NCBI RefSeq assembly: GCF_006345805.1
Contig: NW_021833893.1
Location: 310,001-374,000, forward strand
DNA length: 64,000 nucleotides
Reading direction: 5' to 3'
DNA from: Octopus sinensis
Taxonomy: Eukaryota
Positions 49,191 to 61,742 of this stretch are shown in pieces. Position 1 is the first letter of the stretch. The number at the start of each line of letters is the position of its first letter. Made by a program: the position numbers and the translations under genes. Under the pieces are notes generated by a model that was given only the letters and a program-made list of their open reading frames with translations, was not told the origin of the DNA and did not search any database.

Positions 49191-51706
49191 CGGTAGGAGC
49201 CATAGCAGCTGTACACACGAGGGCAGAGCAAACAACAGACATCCCTCCCCGCCGCCGCGGCGAACAGCCTTACCAACGTCAACAACTGCAACACCAACAG
49301 TGCCGACTACATCGCCGACGGCACCACCACCACCATCACTAACATCGACCACAGTGATATCGCCTCCAACACCAGCCTTACAAATAGCAGACAGGACAGC
49401 ATACCCACTCACAGTTCTCATAGCAGCAGTAACAGGACGAAAAACTATATCGGCCGCAGCAGCAGCACCCCTAACAGAGGCACCACCATAGACGTGAATA
49501 ATGGTAGCCCTATCCAAGGGAACATCACCCCTCCCACCAGGGAAGATAGCAATAATAACAATAATAACAAATATTGTAGCACCTCCGGCTACACCGGTAA
49601 CAGCGACAGCGCACCCTCCACATCCGGCAGTAACATTACCAACGCCACCATAAATATACGGTCTTTACATTTTTCAGGTTTTGTCATCGGTGGTGAAGGG
49701 AGTAGTAAGGAATTAATGTATTGGTTGTTTTATACTTTTGACTTGCATCGCATGAGCCTTGGCTGGTAGACGACATCGGCAATTCTAATGTGGATTGAGT
49801 GATCGAAAGCTTTATTCACAATGGAGAAATATTTAGCAAACTCCTCTCATAGTTTCATAGGTGTTGCAACAAGAACAGCGTCTAAAATAATTTCAATCAA
49901 CCATTTTAGCTTAGATTTGATGTCTATGTCCCTTATGAAACAAATTTTAAAAACAAGTCAGACACAAGAAACAATTGTTATTTAGTGGCATGATAGATCG
50001 AGATTTTGCTTTTGCTTCCATTTTTTCAGTACTTATGAGCACCCAGACGGTTTATTATATAGGTTTTGTCCATTTTATCTCTATATTGATTGCGATTCAA
50101 TGAAGTTTTCTTTTTCAAATGTTTCTGAAGTAACTTTCGGGTTGCCTTTGAGTTTGTCCTTGTAGCTCAACCATGGTCTTCTGGCGTAAAGAAATATTTA
50201 GCAAACTCCTCTCGTAGTTTGATAGGTGTTGTAAAAAGAGCAGCAGCATCAGAAAATAAGAAGTCACGTATTTTCTATTTTAGCTCCAAAACCCTGTTAA
50301 CTGAAAAAGCCGCAACTAGTCAGGAATTGGATACCTGAATCGCAATTTCCATAAGCACGGTGCGTTATGACTAACAAGATAAGCACTGAAAGAACTGGAA
50401 TAATGACACCACACACCGAAAAAAATAAATAGGAGAATTTGAATAATATCTGTTATATGACGAAAACCTTATATAACATTGATTGCATAAGTAAACTTTA
50501 AAATTCATAATGGACTCCAGATAATGTTATGGTATCAATAACCTTAAGTAATGTTTTAAACAAGATCTAAGACTTTTCTTAAATATCCAGCGACAGGAGG
50601 ATAACGTTTCTCACCATAAGAAGTTAAGGATGCGAATATCTAAGTCTCCATTTTGTCTGTGAAAATGGATAGAGAGATGTGTTGGTGGCTGTCCGATTTC
50701 TGAGATCTCAGTGGAATTTTCCTATATTTAAAAAAATTATGTTTGGCGGGTAGCCTACTGATTACCGTTCATCTTCATTTTCACTCTAGTTAGTATATAC
50801 ATATATAAACATAGATGCATACATATTCACATACGTACACATACATACATACATACATACATACATACATACATACATACATACATACATACATACATAC
50901 ATAGACTGATACATACACCCACATACTTACATTTACAAAGAGTTGTGCATACATACACATATGTATACACGCATACTTAAGTATACACATACCCGCACAT
51001 AAGTACATATATATTCAACCATACACTCTCATATACGTACACGCACGTGCACACACTCATACACTGACACACACGCATACACACTTTCATATGTGCCTAT
51101 GTATATATACGCACGTGATTATAATATCGATACCTAGTATAAGCACAAAATTTTGCATTTTACAAGAAGGCACAACCATTTTAACTCGGTTGTATTGCTT
51201 AGCTGTAATTTCTATAAATTTCTGTAATTTCTATTGATTAAGTTGGCACACTAGATTAAATCAGTTCCTGTACTGGACTTATACGTTCTTTTAACGAAGA
51301 AAGAAGAAAGTAAAGCTAAGAGATTTGAATACATAGATGATATTCTGAAGAAGATAACGCAAATAATCCAGCCACTGGCTGATTTAGTGGTTATTTTAAT
51401 TCTCACTAGTCTCTCCTCATCGCAACCTTCTCATTTCCTTGTTTTCCCATCACATAGTTTCTTATGCCTTGTGCACTTTTGATGGTTTCACTGTAAATGT
51501 GTGATGGTTATAAAACTGCAAACACTGCGAAGGCGTCTTAAATATCCCACTGAAGATAAGTCTTTATCACAAAATCAACATTTTAGCAAAGTGTCCGAAA
51601 CATTCAGCTTACAGTCTTGCAAAACCTAGATAAAAACAATTTATTTCCCGCAGGCCCAACCGGTTTCAATTTTCAGTTGGAATTTAGTACAATTAATTTA
51701 TTTATA

Positions 51707-51936
51707 TGTTTCTATATTACCCACAAGGGGCTAAACATAGAGGGGACAAACAAGGACAGACAAACGGATTAAGTCATTGCATCGACCCCAGTGCATAACT
51801 GGTACTTAATTTATCGACCCCGAAAGGATGAAAGGCAAAGTCGACCTCGGCGGAATTTGAACTCAGAACGTAACGGCAGACGAAATACAGCTACGCATTT
51901 CGCCCGGCGTGCTAACGGTTCTGCCAGCTCGCCGCC
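51707..51936 (-). mobile_element. tRNA-derived SINE family A, best-preserved copy
   Basis: Head ggcggcgagctggcagaaccgttagcacgccgggcg..., B box gagttcaaattcc, body gtcgactttgcctttcatcctttcggggtcgataaattaagtacc. Confidence 0.88.
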
Positions 51937-52736
51937 GTAATTTATTTATTTATAAATGTCATAAAAATGCCATTAGATGCTTCATACGAAATCATTTTAT
52001 TCAGCAACGAGATTTTACATTTACCGCTAATAAGACACTGACCAGTGCAAAGTCGCTCAATCTAGAAGCAACAACTAAATAACTCTCAGATGAATTAAAA
52101 AAAAGCTCATTAAATAATGTTGTCTTAGATACACTACACTAAGAAAAAATAGGGATGGTCACTTGTGGAACGTTTTCGACCAAATGTATTTTTTATATGG
52201 ATCTGATGCAAAACAACCTTTCTAATAACACCTTTTAAAATAATCTTTTAAGTTATGTGTGTATTTGTATATGTGTATTTATATGCGCGTGCTTTTATAT
52301 GTGTGTATGTGTTTATGTATGTTTTCGCATTATATTTCAGCAGCCATTTTAAACATAAATTTCTCCTTAGTTTGTATTACTATTCATTGCTATTTCCAAA
52401 GATACTTTACAGATTTCCTTTAGAGAAATAAGATTTGTAAAAGTATCGATTTCTGCAATATTTACGAATCAAAACCAATTTACAGTAGCATCTGTAATTT
52501 ACTGCATCAAGGTCACGAACACACCACCTAGATCCACCCCTTTATCTTCCACTTTCACCCGCACTTATAATACTTGTCTCCTTTCAATCTTCTATGAACT
52601 AATTTCCTTACATTTAATTTCGTACTAGTTTACTTTATCTTTGCTTCCAGTTTGAGTTTCTAACACTTGTTTATCCCTAGTTTTATTCCCTCTCTCTCCA
52701 TAATTGGTGAAGGTTTATTGGTAACCTACTCTCCTT

Positions 52737-52782
<46 letters not shown>

Positions 52783-52819
52783 CACACACACACACCACAC
52801 ACACACACACTAGTGGGCT

Positions 52820-53130
52820 CTTGTGTAAAAATTTCCTGGAAGCTACGTTCTCACTCTCGACGTCAAGAAAATATTCGACCATGTCTGGCATGGGAATCCG
52901 GTGCGGCTGCTCGCCAATAGGTTCCACGTGTCTTGACTTCCACATTTCTTGCCTCGATAAGTTTCAATCAGAAGGCTCTATCACCGCGTCTCTTGATAAC
53001 ACTTTTCCATCTGTTGTATCAACTCTGGTATACTCCAGTGTTAGGTTTTATCCCCTGCAATCTTCTTAACTTACTACCATAATCAACCGATACGTACTTC
53101 CGTAGACAACATTGCCCTTTATTCTTCCCT
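52820..53130 (+). mobile_element. Degraded LINE RT fragment (jockey/CR1-like)
   Basis: LTLDVKKIFDHVWHG (cf. ALDISKAFDRVWH) and CINSGILQC*VLSPAIFL (cf. INSGVPQGSVLSPTLF). Confidence 0.55.
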
Positions 53131-53522
53131 AGCCTTCCACTCGTAACCAAGACACATCACGTTAAACCTTCTCTGGCTCGGTGAACAGTGACTTAAAAAA
53201 TAACAGCAATATGTCAATTCCCCGTCGTTCACACAGCAACAATGCGGAAATACTATTCATATTAAGGAAACATAATTACTCCACACTTTTAATCATGAGA
53301 ATCACTCAACTAGAGTCCTCATGATCACTACAAATGGTTTATTATCACCTCCGAACTCGCCTAGGAACTTTCAATATTCTGCGCTGGTCAGTTTAGTAAG
53401 ATAAAATTATAAAATTAACAAGTCTAGCCCTCCAGAGGGAAGAAAAATTATAGACTAACAGAGTTCCTAAATCACATTCATCTATGACAATAAACAAGAA
53501 CAAGAAAAACAACAATAATGAT

Positions 53523-53942
53523 ATCAAAAGGCCTGAAATTTTGGGGGAAGGGGCAAGTCAGTTACATTGACTCCAGTACTTGACTGATAATTATTTTATC
53601 GGCACCGAGGAAGCAAAGGCCAAGTTGACCTCGGCAACATTTGATCTCAGAACGCAAAGACGGGCGAAATGTCGCTAAGCATTTTGTCCTGCGTGTTTAT
53701 GATTCTGGCTGCTCACCGCCTGTATAATAGTTATGGTTTCAAATTTTGTCATTAAAGCAGTAAATTCGGGGTAGGCGCAAAGTCGATTACATCGACTTCA
53801 GTGGTCAGCTGGTACTTATTTTGTCGACCCTAAAAGGATGAAGGTTCAAGTTTACCCTAGTGGAATTTGAACTTCATAAGATGGACAAAATGCCGCTAAG
53901 TATTTTGCCCAAAGTACTAATGATTCTGTCAGCTCGTCGACT
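53523..53942 (-). mobile_element. Two tandem SINE family A copies (about 53523-53720 and 53732-53942)
   Basis: Each has agtc.attacat.gac..cagt...gacc...gaact...gaaatg.cgctaag.atttt...gattctg. Confidence 0.8.
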
Positions 53943-54013
53943 TAACACCAACAACAACGAAGAATGGTCCAAAGGACAATGGAAACATACTAAAGGAGGT
54001 GTGAAGACATATA

Positions 54014-55240
54014 TTGAAACAAAATAAGAAAGGGTTTAAAACTGTTTTCGAAAATTTAAAACAACGTAGTCGGGCAAAAACATTGAAAGTGCAACGCTAC
54101 ACTTATAGTAAATCGCAGTTTCATCAAAACAGGTTATTTACAAATAACCAGAGGCAGATTTTTAAGAGCTTGGATGGAACACAGAAGGTAATATATCCCC
54201 CGGAACAGAGGAAACCCGCCAAATTTGGAATAACACCTGGTGGCAAGTGGTTTCCCGCAACCACGGTACTGAGTGGAGTCATTCCGTGAGACCCGAACTC
54301 CTGAGGCTCCAAGGCAGGATCATGTACGCATAACAAGGGAAGATGTAATCACACGGGTATCAAAACTGGAGAGCGGCAGGGTCAGATGGAATCCAAGGCT
54401 ACTGACTCAAGTGCCTTAGGCTAACATGCAAACGAATTGCTTTGCAATCAGACGATTGCCTACAGAATGGATTGTAGAGGGAAAGACAGCATTGTTGATG
54501 AAAGATCGGTCAAAGGGCAATGAGGTTGGTAATTGTCGATCCATTGCTTCTCTTAAACTCTTATGGAAAGTGTTAACAGGCATCCCCACAAGAAAAATAT
54601 AAGTTCCTTGTGGAAAATCTACTCCCGGTAGAAAAAAATGGATACCAAAAAGGATCCAAGCGCACCAACGACCTCTCTGTAATAGACAAAATCGTAATGA
54701 AGAACTGCAAATGATACCAAATCCGCCGCAAATCGTATGCATGGTCTGGATGGAGTTTAAAAGGGCTTATGACATTCTTCCACATTCATAGGTTTTTGAA
54801 ACACTCACCATGTGTAGAGCTGCTGAGAATGTGCGTGCACTGATCAGCAACAACATGCCTAATCCGAAAACACGTTTTTCTACAACAACTAGCATTTAGC
54901 CGAGCTAAATACCAAAAGAGGTATCTACCAGGGAGATTCTTGTTCACCTGTGCTATTTCTTATAGCTTTGATCCCACTTTCTGTAGTTCTATGCAAAGTT
55001 TTCGCGTACTACAAGCTCAGGAAGAATGGACCTCATCTCAAACACCTCTTCATGGATGATTTAAAACTGTTTGCAAAAACAGAGCCTGAAATAGAGAAGC
55101 TGGTCGAGACTACAGATGTGCAGCAAGGATACAGGAATGGAATTCGGGATCTCAAAGTGTGCCGTGCTCACTTTGAAACTGAAGAAAAAATGCAGATTTC
55201 AGAGGCAATAGAATTGTCAAACGGAGAGCGAATGGGAGAC
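54014..55240 (+). mobile_element. Degraded R4/Dong-clade RT fragment
   Basis: FHQNRLFTNNQRQIFKSL, EGKTALLMKD...CRSIASLKLLWKVLTGI, FKRAYDILPHS, GIYQGDSCSPVLFLIALIPLS, HLFMDDLKLFAK; many frameshifts. Confidence 0.8.
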
Positions 55241-57039
55241 CCATCAACATATAGGCTGTTGTCCAACAACGGGAGAGTCTATGACATATATATATATATA
55301 TATATATTATATATACACATACATACATACATACATATATCCATACATACATATATTCATACATATATATATATACATACACATGTGTGTGTCTATGTGT
55401 ATGTGTGAGTGCATGATTGTTAGTGTATATGCAGGTTATAGAGAAATGCACACAAAGACACAGACATTCCTATACAGTCACAAAACTCGCTATAAATAAT
55501 AGCCACGTTTTCTTAAAGTAAATGCCACATCATCTAAAACAAAACGACACATTAGATAATGCATTTACATATATCCTAAAAAGTGGGGATGGTTATAGCT
55601 GGTACGTCTTTGACTATGGATGTTTTCTATCAAGGTGGACTAGCAGAAAACAATACCAACAAATCATGTGTCACGATATACATAGGTGAATAAACATTAA
55701 CGCACGCACGAATTCACGAACATTCATAATAATCATACGCAAGTACTTTTTTGGCCGAAGAAGTTATAATTGGCGCATACAAACTTGTGCACTTGCGTGA
55801 TATGAACTCACTTTGATTACTGAACATATTGGTTGCTGTCAAAAGCCTCTCAGACAGAAACATAACATATAAATAGACCATCACGATAAATCGAGAATCA
55901 TACACGAAATTTCTTTCTAATTTAATATCCTCTTCTTTCTCCTTCCCATGTTATCTCTCTTCCTCTACTTCGTTCTTAACTTGCTCATCATCACCTTCAT
56001 AATTTATTTTACTATAACCATATGTCTACGGACAGGGAGAATGCCAGTCGGATCAAAACTATTTATATAACCTGCTCATTTCTTCATCCACATTTGCTGA
56101 TGACTGTGGGAAGTAAATGAACTTTACACTTTTCATTGTCTCTCTATCATGAAGTTAACCGAATATTTCACTAATATTTCACTGAAAATAAAGAGTGTCT
56201 AATAAATAATAATTTCTGATTTAGGCAGAAGTACAAAAATTTTTAGTGAAGTGGGACTCGTTGATTTAATCAATACCAGTAGTTTAATGAGACTATATTT
56301 TATGATCCTAATTTGCCTAAACGTAGCTGGTCTCACAAAAGATTACACACCTTTTAGGGGGTGGAGCGTAGTCGGTCACCACTACCATCAATTTTCCTTG
56401 CACTCATATTTTTTTTCTCTGAATGAAATTATGAAGTCAGTAATGCCAACGGTTTTAGCGACAAGGTTGCAGAAATGACTCATACCACTACCAACTTCAC
56501 TAGAGAAAATTATCTTCCAGTTTTCTCTAATACGTTAACCGCCCAGAAGCAATGCGTGCAAGAGTAGAAACATAAAAACAGCAAAAATAATAACAAGAAA
56601 AGCAATTGTAACGACAACGAGTGAAATATGTTTCAACAACATAAGCAGCAACACAACAAACAAAATCACCGGTAACAACAGTAGCAGCAAAAAGAACCAC
56701 CACAACAGGAGCGGCTGCAGCAAAAGCAACAACAGCGCGACAGCACCAGCAGTAGGAAAACCAACAACAATAACAATAACAACATCAGCAATAACAACAT
56801 CAATAATAACAACAGCGCCAGCAATAATAATAACAGCAGCAACAACAAGAAATACCAATACACATCCAAGTAGAAAGAGAAAAAAAATAGGAGCAGACAT
56901 GAATCATATGATTAGGGCAAGGCAATTCAGAATCGTAGAGGTCTTCTTGTAAAGTGAAGCCCTCACCAAAAAGCGCTCCATAGATGCCATACGCGATAGA
57001 GAACGCGCCATCTATACAACTTATCTAAAGAGAAGGCCC

Positions 57040-57330
57040 TGTCTCCTTAGAGAGTTTCTTCTGGGTTGGATATCAAGTTGATGTTGGCCTGTATTAACTT
57101 AGAGAGCAGTAACAGCTCAACGTTAACCGAACAAGTTTGGTATCTTCTCATGATCAGGTGGCTTTCAGATGATTATCAATAGCAGTGTGCAAGTTAGTTA
57201 TTATATTCCAGATACTCTTCCTCAAAGCCATTCTTCTTCATTTATTTGATTTCTAGTTTGCTTTAATTGGTAGTTGAGGAAAGTGTTGTAGACATGATTC
57301 CAACTCTTTGTCATGTTTAAAGAATAGTTG
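57040..57330 (-). mobile_element. Possible highly degraded R4/Dong-like pre-RT fragment
   Basis: Minus strand aatcatctgaaagccacctgatcatgagaagataccaaac and ISNPEETL resemble the WKAPG.DKIPNFW...NPEETP motif. Confidence 0.4.
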
Positions 57331-58944
57331 CAGCTTTTCCTATCCACAAGTTCTTTGCGAATTTGCGATGATCTCTTGTTTTGGATGTTTTTTAATTATG
57401 CTCCTGTTACGGTGATATATTACTGAAGAATTTATTTTATCTTCGTTTTCTTTTTCTCAGATTTTTCGCCTTGCTATTGACTTCAATAAGAACTCAGCAT
57501 TTCTCTCATTTCCTATCTCTTTTATGAGTTTATTTTCTTTGCTGTTACCTAGACTTGTATTTCGTTACAGAAGGGACATCCCGCCCTTATCTTAAACTTA
57601 GTGGTTGAGGCGAATATTATTTCCTTTAACTCGGTCTTATTGATGCTCACTCCTTTTAAAAATTAAAACTGACGAAGTTTGAGTTTCGTTTGTTGTTGTT
57701 ACCTAATCGTTGAGGTATGTCATTGGAAGACATTTTCATTGGCCCAATGAAATGCCTATTATTTTAAATCTTAATTATATCTCAGTTTAGATAATCATGT
57801 TTATGATTTCCATCTATAGAAATTACTATTCTTACATTATCTCCGATTCCCCTTTCAATGACACATGATTTGATATATGAATTTACTGATTGTTATACGT
57901 GTAAGTCCATGCGAGAGATTGTTTTATAAAGTTTAAGCTTACCTTTTGTGTATCAATGGGAACACGATTTTCTTATGGTTCGTATCAATATCGCTTCCGC
58001 TCTTTCCTTGTGTAGGTTTTGTAGCTTTTCTTAACAAAACAAGATTTTTCTATTGTTTCTTTCATTGAACGGTAAAACTTTATAGTATATCTCGTACGTA
58101 TCACAAGTAAGTGCATAAATGTCTATTGTGTGAGTGTATTGCTCTGTATGTAGCTGTGTATCATTTACGGTTTCTCATCCTTTTTGTCCCTCTCTTTTCT
58201 CTTCCTTTTCTTCTCTTTTCTCTTCCCTTTTCCTCTTCTCTCTTCATATCCCTACTGTCTTTATTCATGTAGTGTGGTGTTGGGTTTTACTGTTGGGTTT
58301 TAGATTAGCCTTACTTAATGTTTTTCTAAGAAGGTGTGCATCAACGAACATGACACCCTGGTATTTTTTGCTGCCATACTAAGTGTTGGCCTTATTTATC
58401 TTATTACTGGTCTTTCCGTGCTGTTCCAAGATTTACTCCTGTATAGCAGACAGATTCATTTTACATCACTCTCTATGATGGCTTTGTACTTAACCCTGGT
58501 TCCTTTGTCCACTGTGTTTATTTGTAAAAAAAAAAGAAATGACCATCCCGAAGTACAACAATATCTGTTTCACACATATCTCACACAAGGAATCTTGCAA
58601 AACCAATTGACAAATCTATATGTGCATATATATACGTAAATAAGCGTATATGCACAATAAAGTATGTACACACACGAGCGTATTTAAAACATGCGTATTT
58701 ATTGAATATTAAATTAGTTCAACTTCAAATTGTGGATTGAAAAAAAAATCAATAATATAATTAAATTAATTGTGTAATAATATAATATGATATAGATTTT
58801 GGCCTCTACGAAATTTAAATGAGAAAACTTAAATGCTCTACCCCACCCCAAATGTTTTCAGTAAGCTCATTAAAGCTGTCCTCACCATCGTATTACAATC
58901 AAAGAATAAAATGATAAATAAATAAATGTTATGGAAATAATTAA

Positions 58945-58987
58945 GTAAACAATAATAATAATAATAAAAATAATAATAATGATAATA

Positions 58988-59051
<64 letters not shown>

Positions 59052-59070
59052 GATAATAATAATAAAAAAA

Positions 59071-59101
<31 letters not shown>

Positions 59102-59102
59102 A

Positions 59103-59146
<44 letters not shown>

Positions 59147-59169
59147 TAATAATAATAATAATAATAACG

Positions 59170-59219
<50 letters not shown>

Positions 59220-59256
59220 TAATAATAATAATAACGATAATAATAATAAAAAAAAA

Positions 59257-59343
<87 letters not shown>

Positions 59344-59357
59344 TTATAATAATAACG

Positions 59358-59410
<53 letters not shown>
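58945..59410. repeat. Long (AAT)n array with variant units
   Basis: Read directly from the sequence (~465 bp). Confidence 0.98.
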
Positions 59411-59411
<1 letters not shown>

Positions 59412-61115
59412 TGCTAAATAGAACTGGATGCGGATATAAATGTTACGGCAAAACGATCAGCCACCTTTTATATATGGATGACCTAAAACTATACGCTGCA
59501 AATGACAAACAGCTTGAAACACTATTAAAGACAGTTCATGGATTTACCAAAGAAATAGATATGAAATTTGGATTAGAAAAATGCGCCAAAGTAACCCTGA
59601 AAAGAGGAAAACTAGGTAAGAGTAACAACATCACACTAGATAAAACCAATGAAATAAAACAATTAGACCAAAGCCAAACTTACAAATACTTAGGAATCCA
59701 TGAACTAGATAAGACACAACACACACAAATGAAAGAGAAAATAAAAAAAGAATATTATAGACGAGTTAGATCAATACTAAACACAGAGCTCAATGCTAAA
59801 AACAAGATAATAGGTATCAACACTTTAGCTGTCCCAGTTATAAGTTACAGCTACAATATCCTTAACTGGACACGAAATGAACTGACCAAAATAGATAGGA
59901 AAACAAGAAAAATAATGACAGGATCTAGGATGCATCACCCAAAATCTGACAGAAAAAGACTATATATACAACGTATAGAAGGTGGTAGAGACATTATACA
60001 GCTGGAAAACTACTATAAAATAACCACCATAGGACTGCAAAAATATCTACTTCAGAAGGAAGGAAAACTGATCCAGATAGCAGCAAAACAAAAAACTGTT
60101 CTCAGTATTTAAGGAAGCTGACAAATACAAACAAGAAATCATACCACCTAATAAACATGAAGAAGAAGAAGAAGATGAAGAAACAACAAAAGCTATAAAA
60201 CAAATGAAATCCAAACTAAAAATAGAACAGCAATGAACCATGATAAAACGATGGCAAGAAAAGCCCCTTCATGGTAAATACTGGACTAAACTAAACGCAA
60301 AAGAAATAGACAAAGAAAAATCCCAGCAATGGTTGAGAAGCTCAGGACTCAAAGCAGAAACAGAGGGATTTTTAATTGCAGCACAAGACCAAAGCCTCCT
60401 CACCAGAAATTACCAAAAACATGTAATGAAAAGAAATATTACAAGTAACTGCAGAATATGTGGAGATGGACAAGAAACAATAAATCATATTATCTCTAGC
60501 TGCCCAGTCTTGGCTAAGAAGGAATATATTCACAGATATGACAGAGTTGGAACCTACATACATTGGAAGCTATGCCAACATTATGGAATAACAACAGAAA
60601 AAAGATGGTATAGGCACACACCAGAAAAGGTCACAGAAAACGAGAAAGCAACCATACTCTGGGATATGCCAATACACACAGATAGAGAAATTAAGGCCAA
60701 CAGACCAGATATAGTTGTCAGAGATCATGAAGAAAAAAATGCTTTCTAATTGATGTATCAATACCGGCTGATGACAACGTGTCTCTAAAAGAAATGGAGA
60801 AACTCTAAAAATACCAAGACCTGGAAATAGAGGTAACTAGAATGTGGAATCTGAAAACAGAAACAATTCCTATCATAGTAGGTGCATTACGCATGATAAA
60901 AAAATATTCAGACAAATACATAACAAAAACACCAGGACTTACAAACACATATAACATACAGAAAATTGCACTACTAGGCACTGCACACATCCTACGCAGA
61001 ACACTTTCCATACAATAACCATCAGATCATCACAACAAATCACAGCACATACCCAAGGCACACAGAGCTGTGCTCGGCAGTGAAGTGAAAGCACGCTATA
61101 AAAATAAAACTACTG
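59411..61115 (+). mobile_element. 5'-truncated R4/Dong-clade LINE (RT C-half + CCHC + restriction-like endonuclease + 3' UTR), disrupted
   Basis: SHLLYMDDLKLYA, YKYLG, GLKAETEGFLIAAQDQ, CRICGDGQETINHIISSC, NRPDIVV, FLIDVSIP, KYQDLEIE, GTAHILRRTLS. Frameshifts near 60100 and 60735 plus stops; (AAT)n on both sides. Confidence 0.92.
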
Positions 61116-61154
61116 AATAATAATAATAATAATAATATAATAATAATAATAATA

Positions 61155-61196
<42 letters not shown>

Positions 61197-61206
61197 TAAT
61201 AATAAT
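61116..61206. repeat. (AAT)n array at the 3' junction of the R4/Dong element
   Basis: Read directly from the sequence. Confidence 0.97.
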
Positions 61207-61299
61207 ATTCTGTTTATTGTGATAGTTTTGTGATGTTTTTGAAGCTTTGATAATAATAAAGCATATTCGGTATTCCAGTAGTATTTTTTGCTACCTTGT

Positions 61300-61742
61300 T
61301 TCGCATTTATGTGCTTACTTTGGTATCTGACGACGAGCTCGGGGCGAACCTGGACGTCGACGAGGAGTACCTGACCCGCCTGTTCAGGACGACTTTCGGG
61401 CCAGGGCCCATGGAAACTTCCAGAGATCCCTGGCCTGGCAGTGTTACCGAGAAGCGCTACCCGTTCGGGATAAGCTCTACAGACACGGCTCGAGAAACAC
61501 GGGGCCGACCTGCCCGAGATGCGGTCAGAGCGACGAAACCGTTCTGCACGCACTCGTGCAGTGTCCAACAATTTCCGACCTGTGGGCTTGTGTCCACCAG
61601 ATACATTCTTTCGCCATAGCCACAAGGATGATGAAAATAGCTCTCCCTTCCCGTTTGAAGGAAGGAGGCGTGACAATATTGACGATAGACTCAGCTGATA
61701 AACCGACTCGTCCCACACGTGACAGCAGTTGTTCGACACAAG
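61300..61742 (+). mobile_element. Tx1/L1-clade ORF2 C-terminal zinc-finger remnant with an internal inversion
   Basis: Plus strand QRSLAWQCYREALPVRDKLYRHG...CPRCGQSDETVLHALVQCPTISDLWACV; the continuation CVEQLLSRVGRVGLSAESIV...MAKECIWWT is on the minus strand. Homologous to 9280-9520. Confidence 0.85.

Noticed and set aside
56535-56900. 121-aa hydrophobic ORF resembling a membrane protein
   Set aside because: Derived from an (AAC/AGC/AAT) low-complexity tract.
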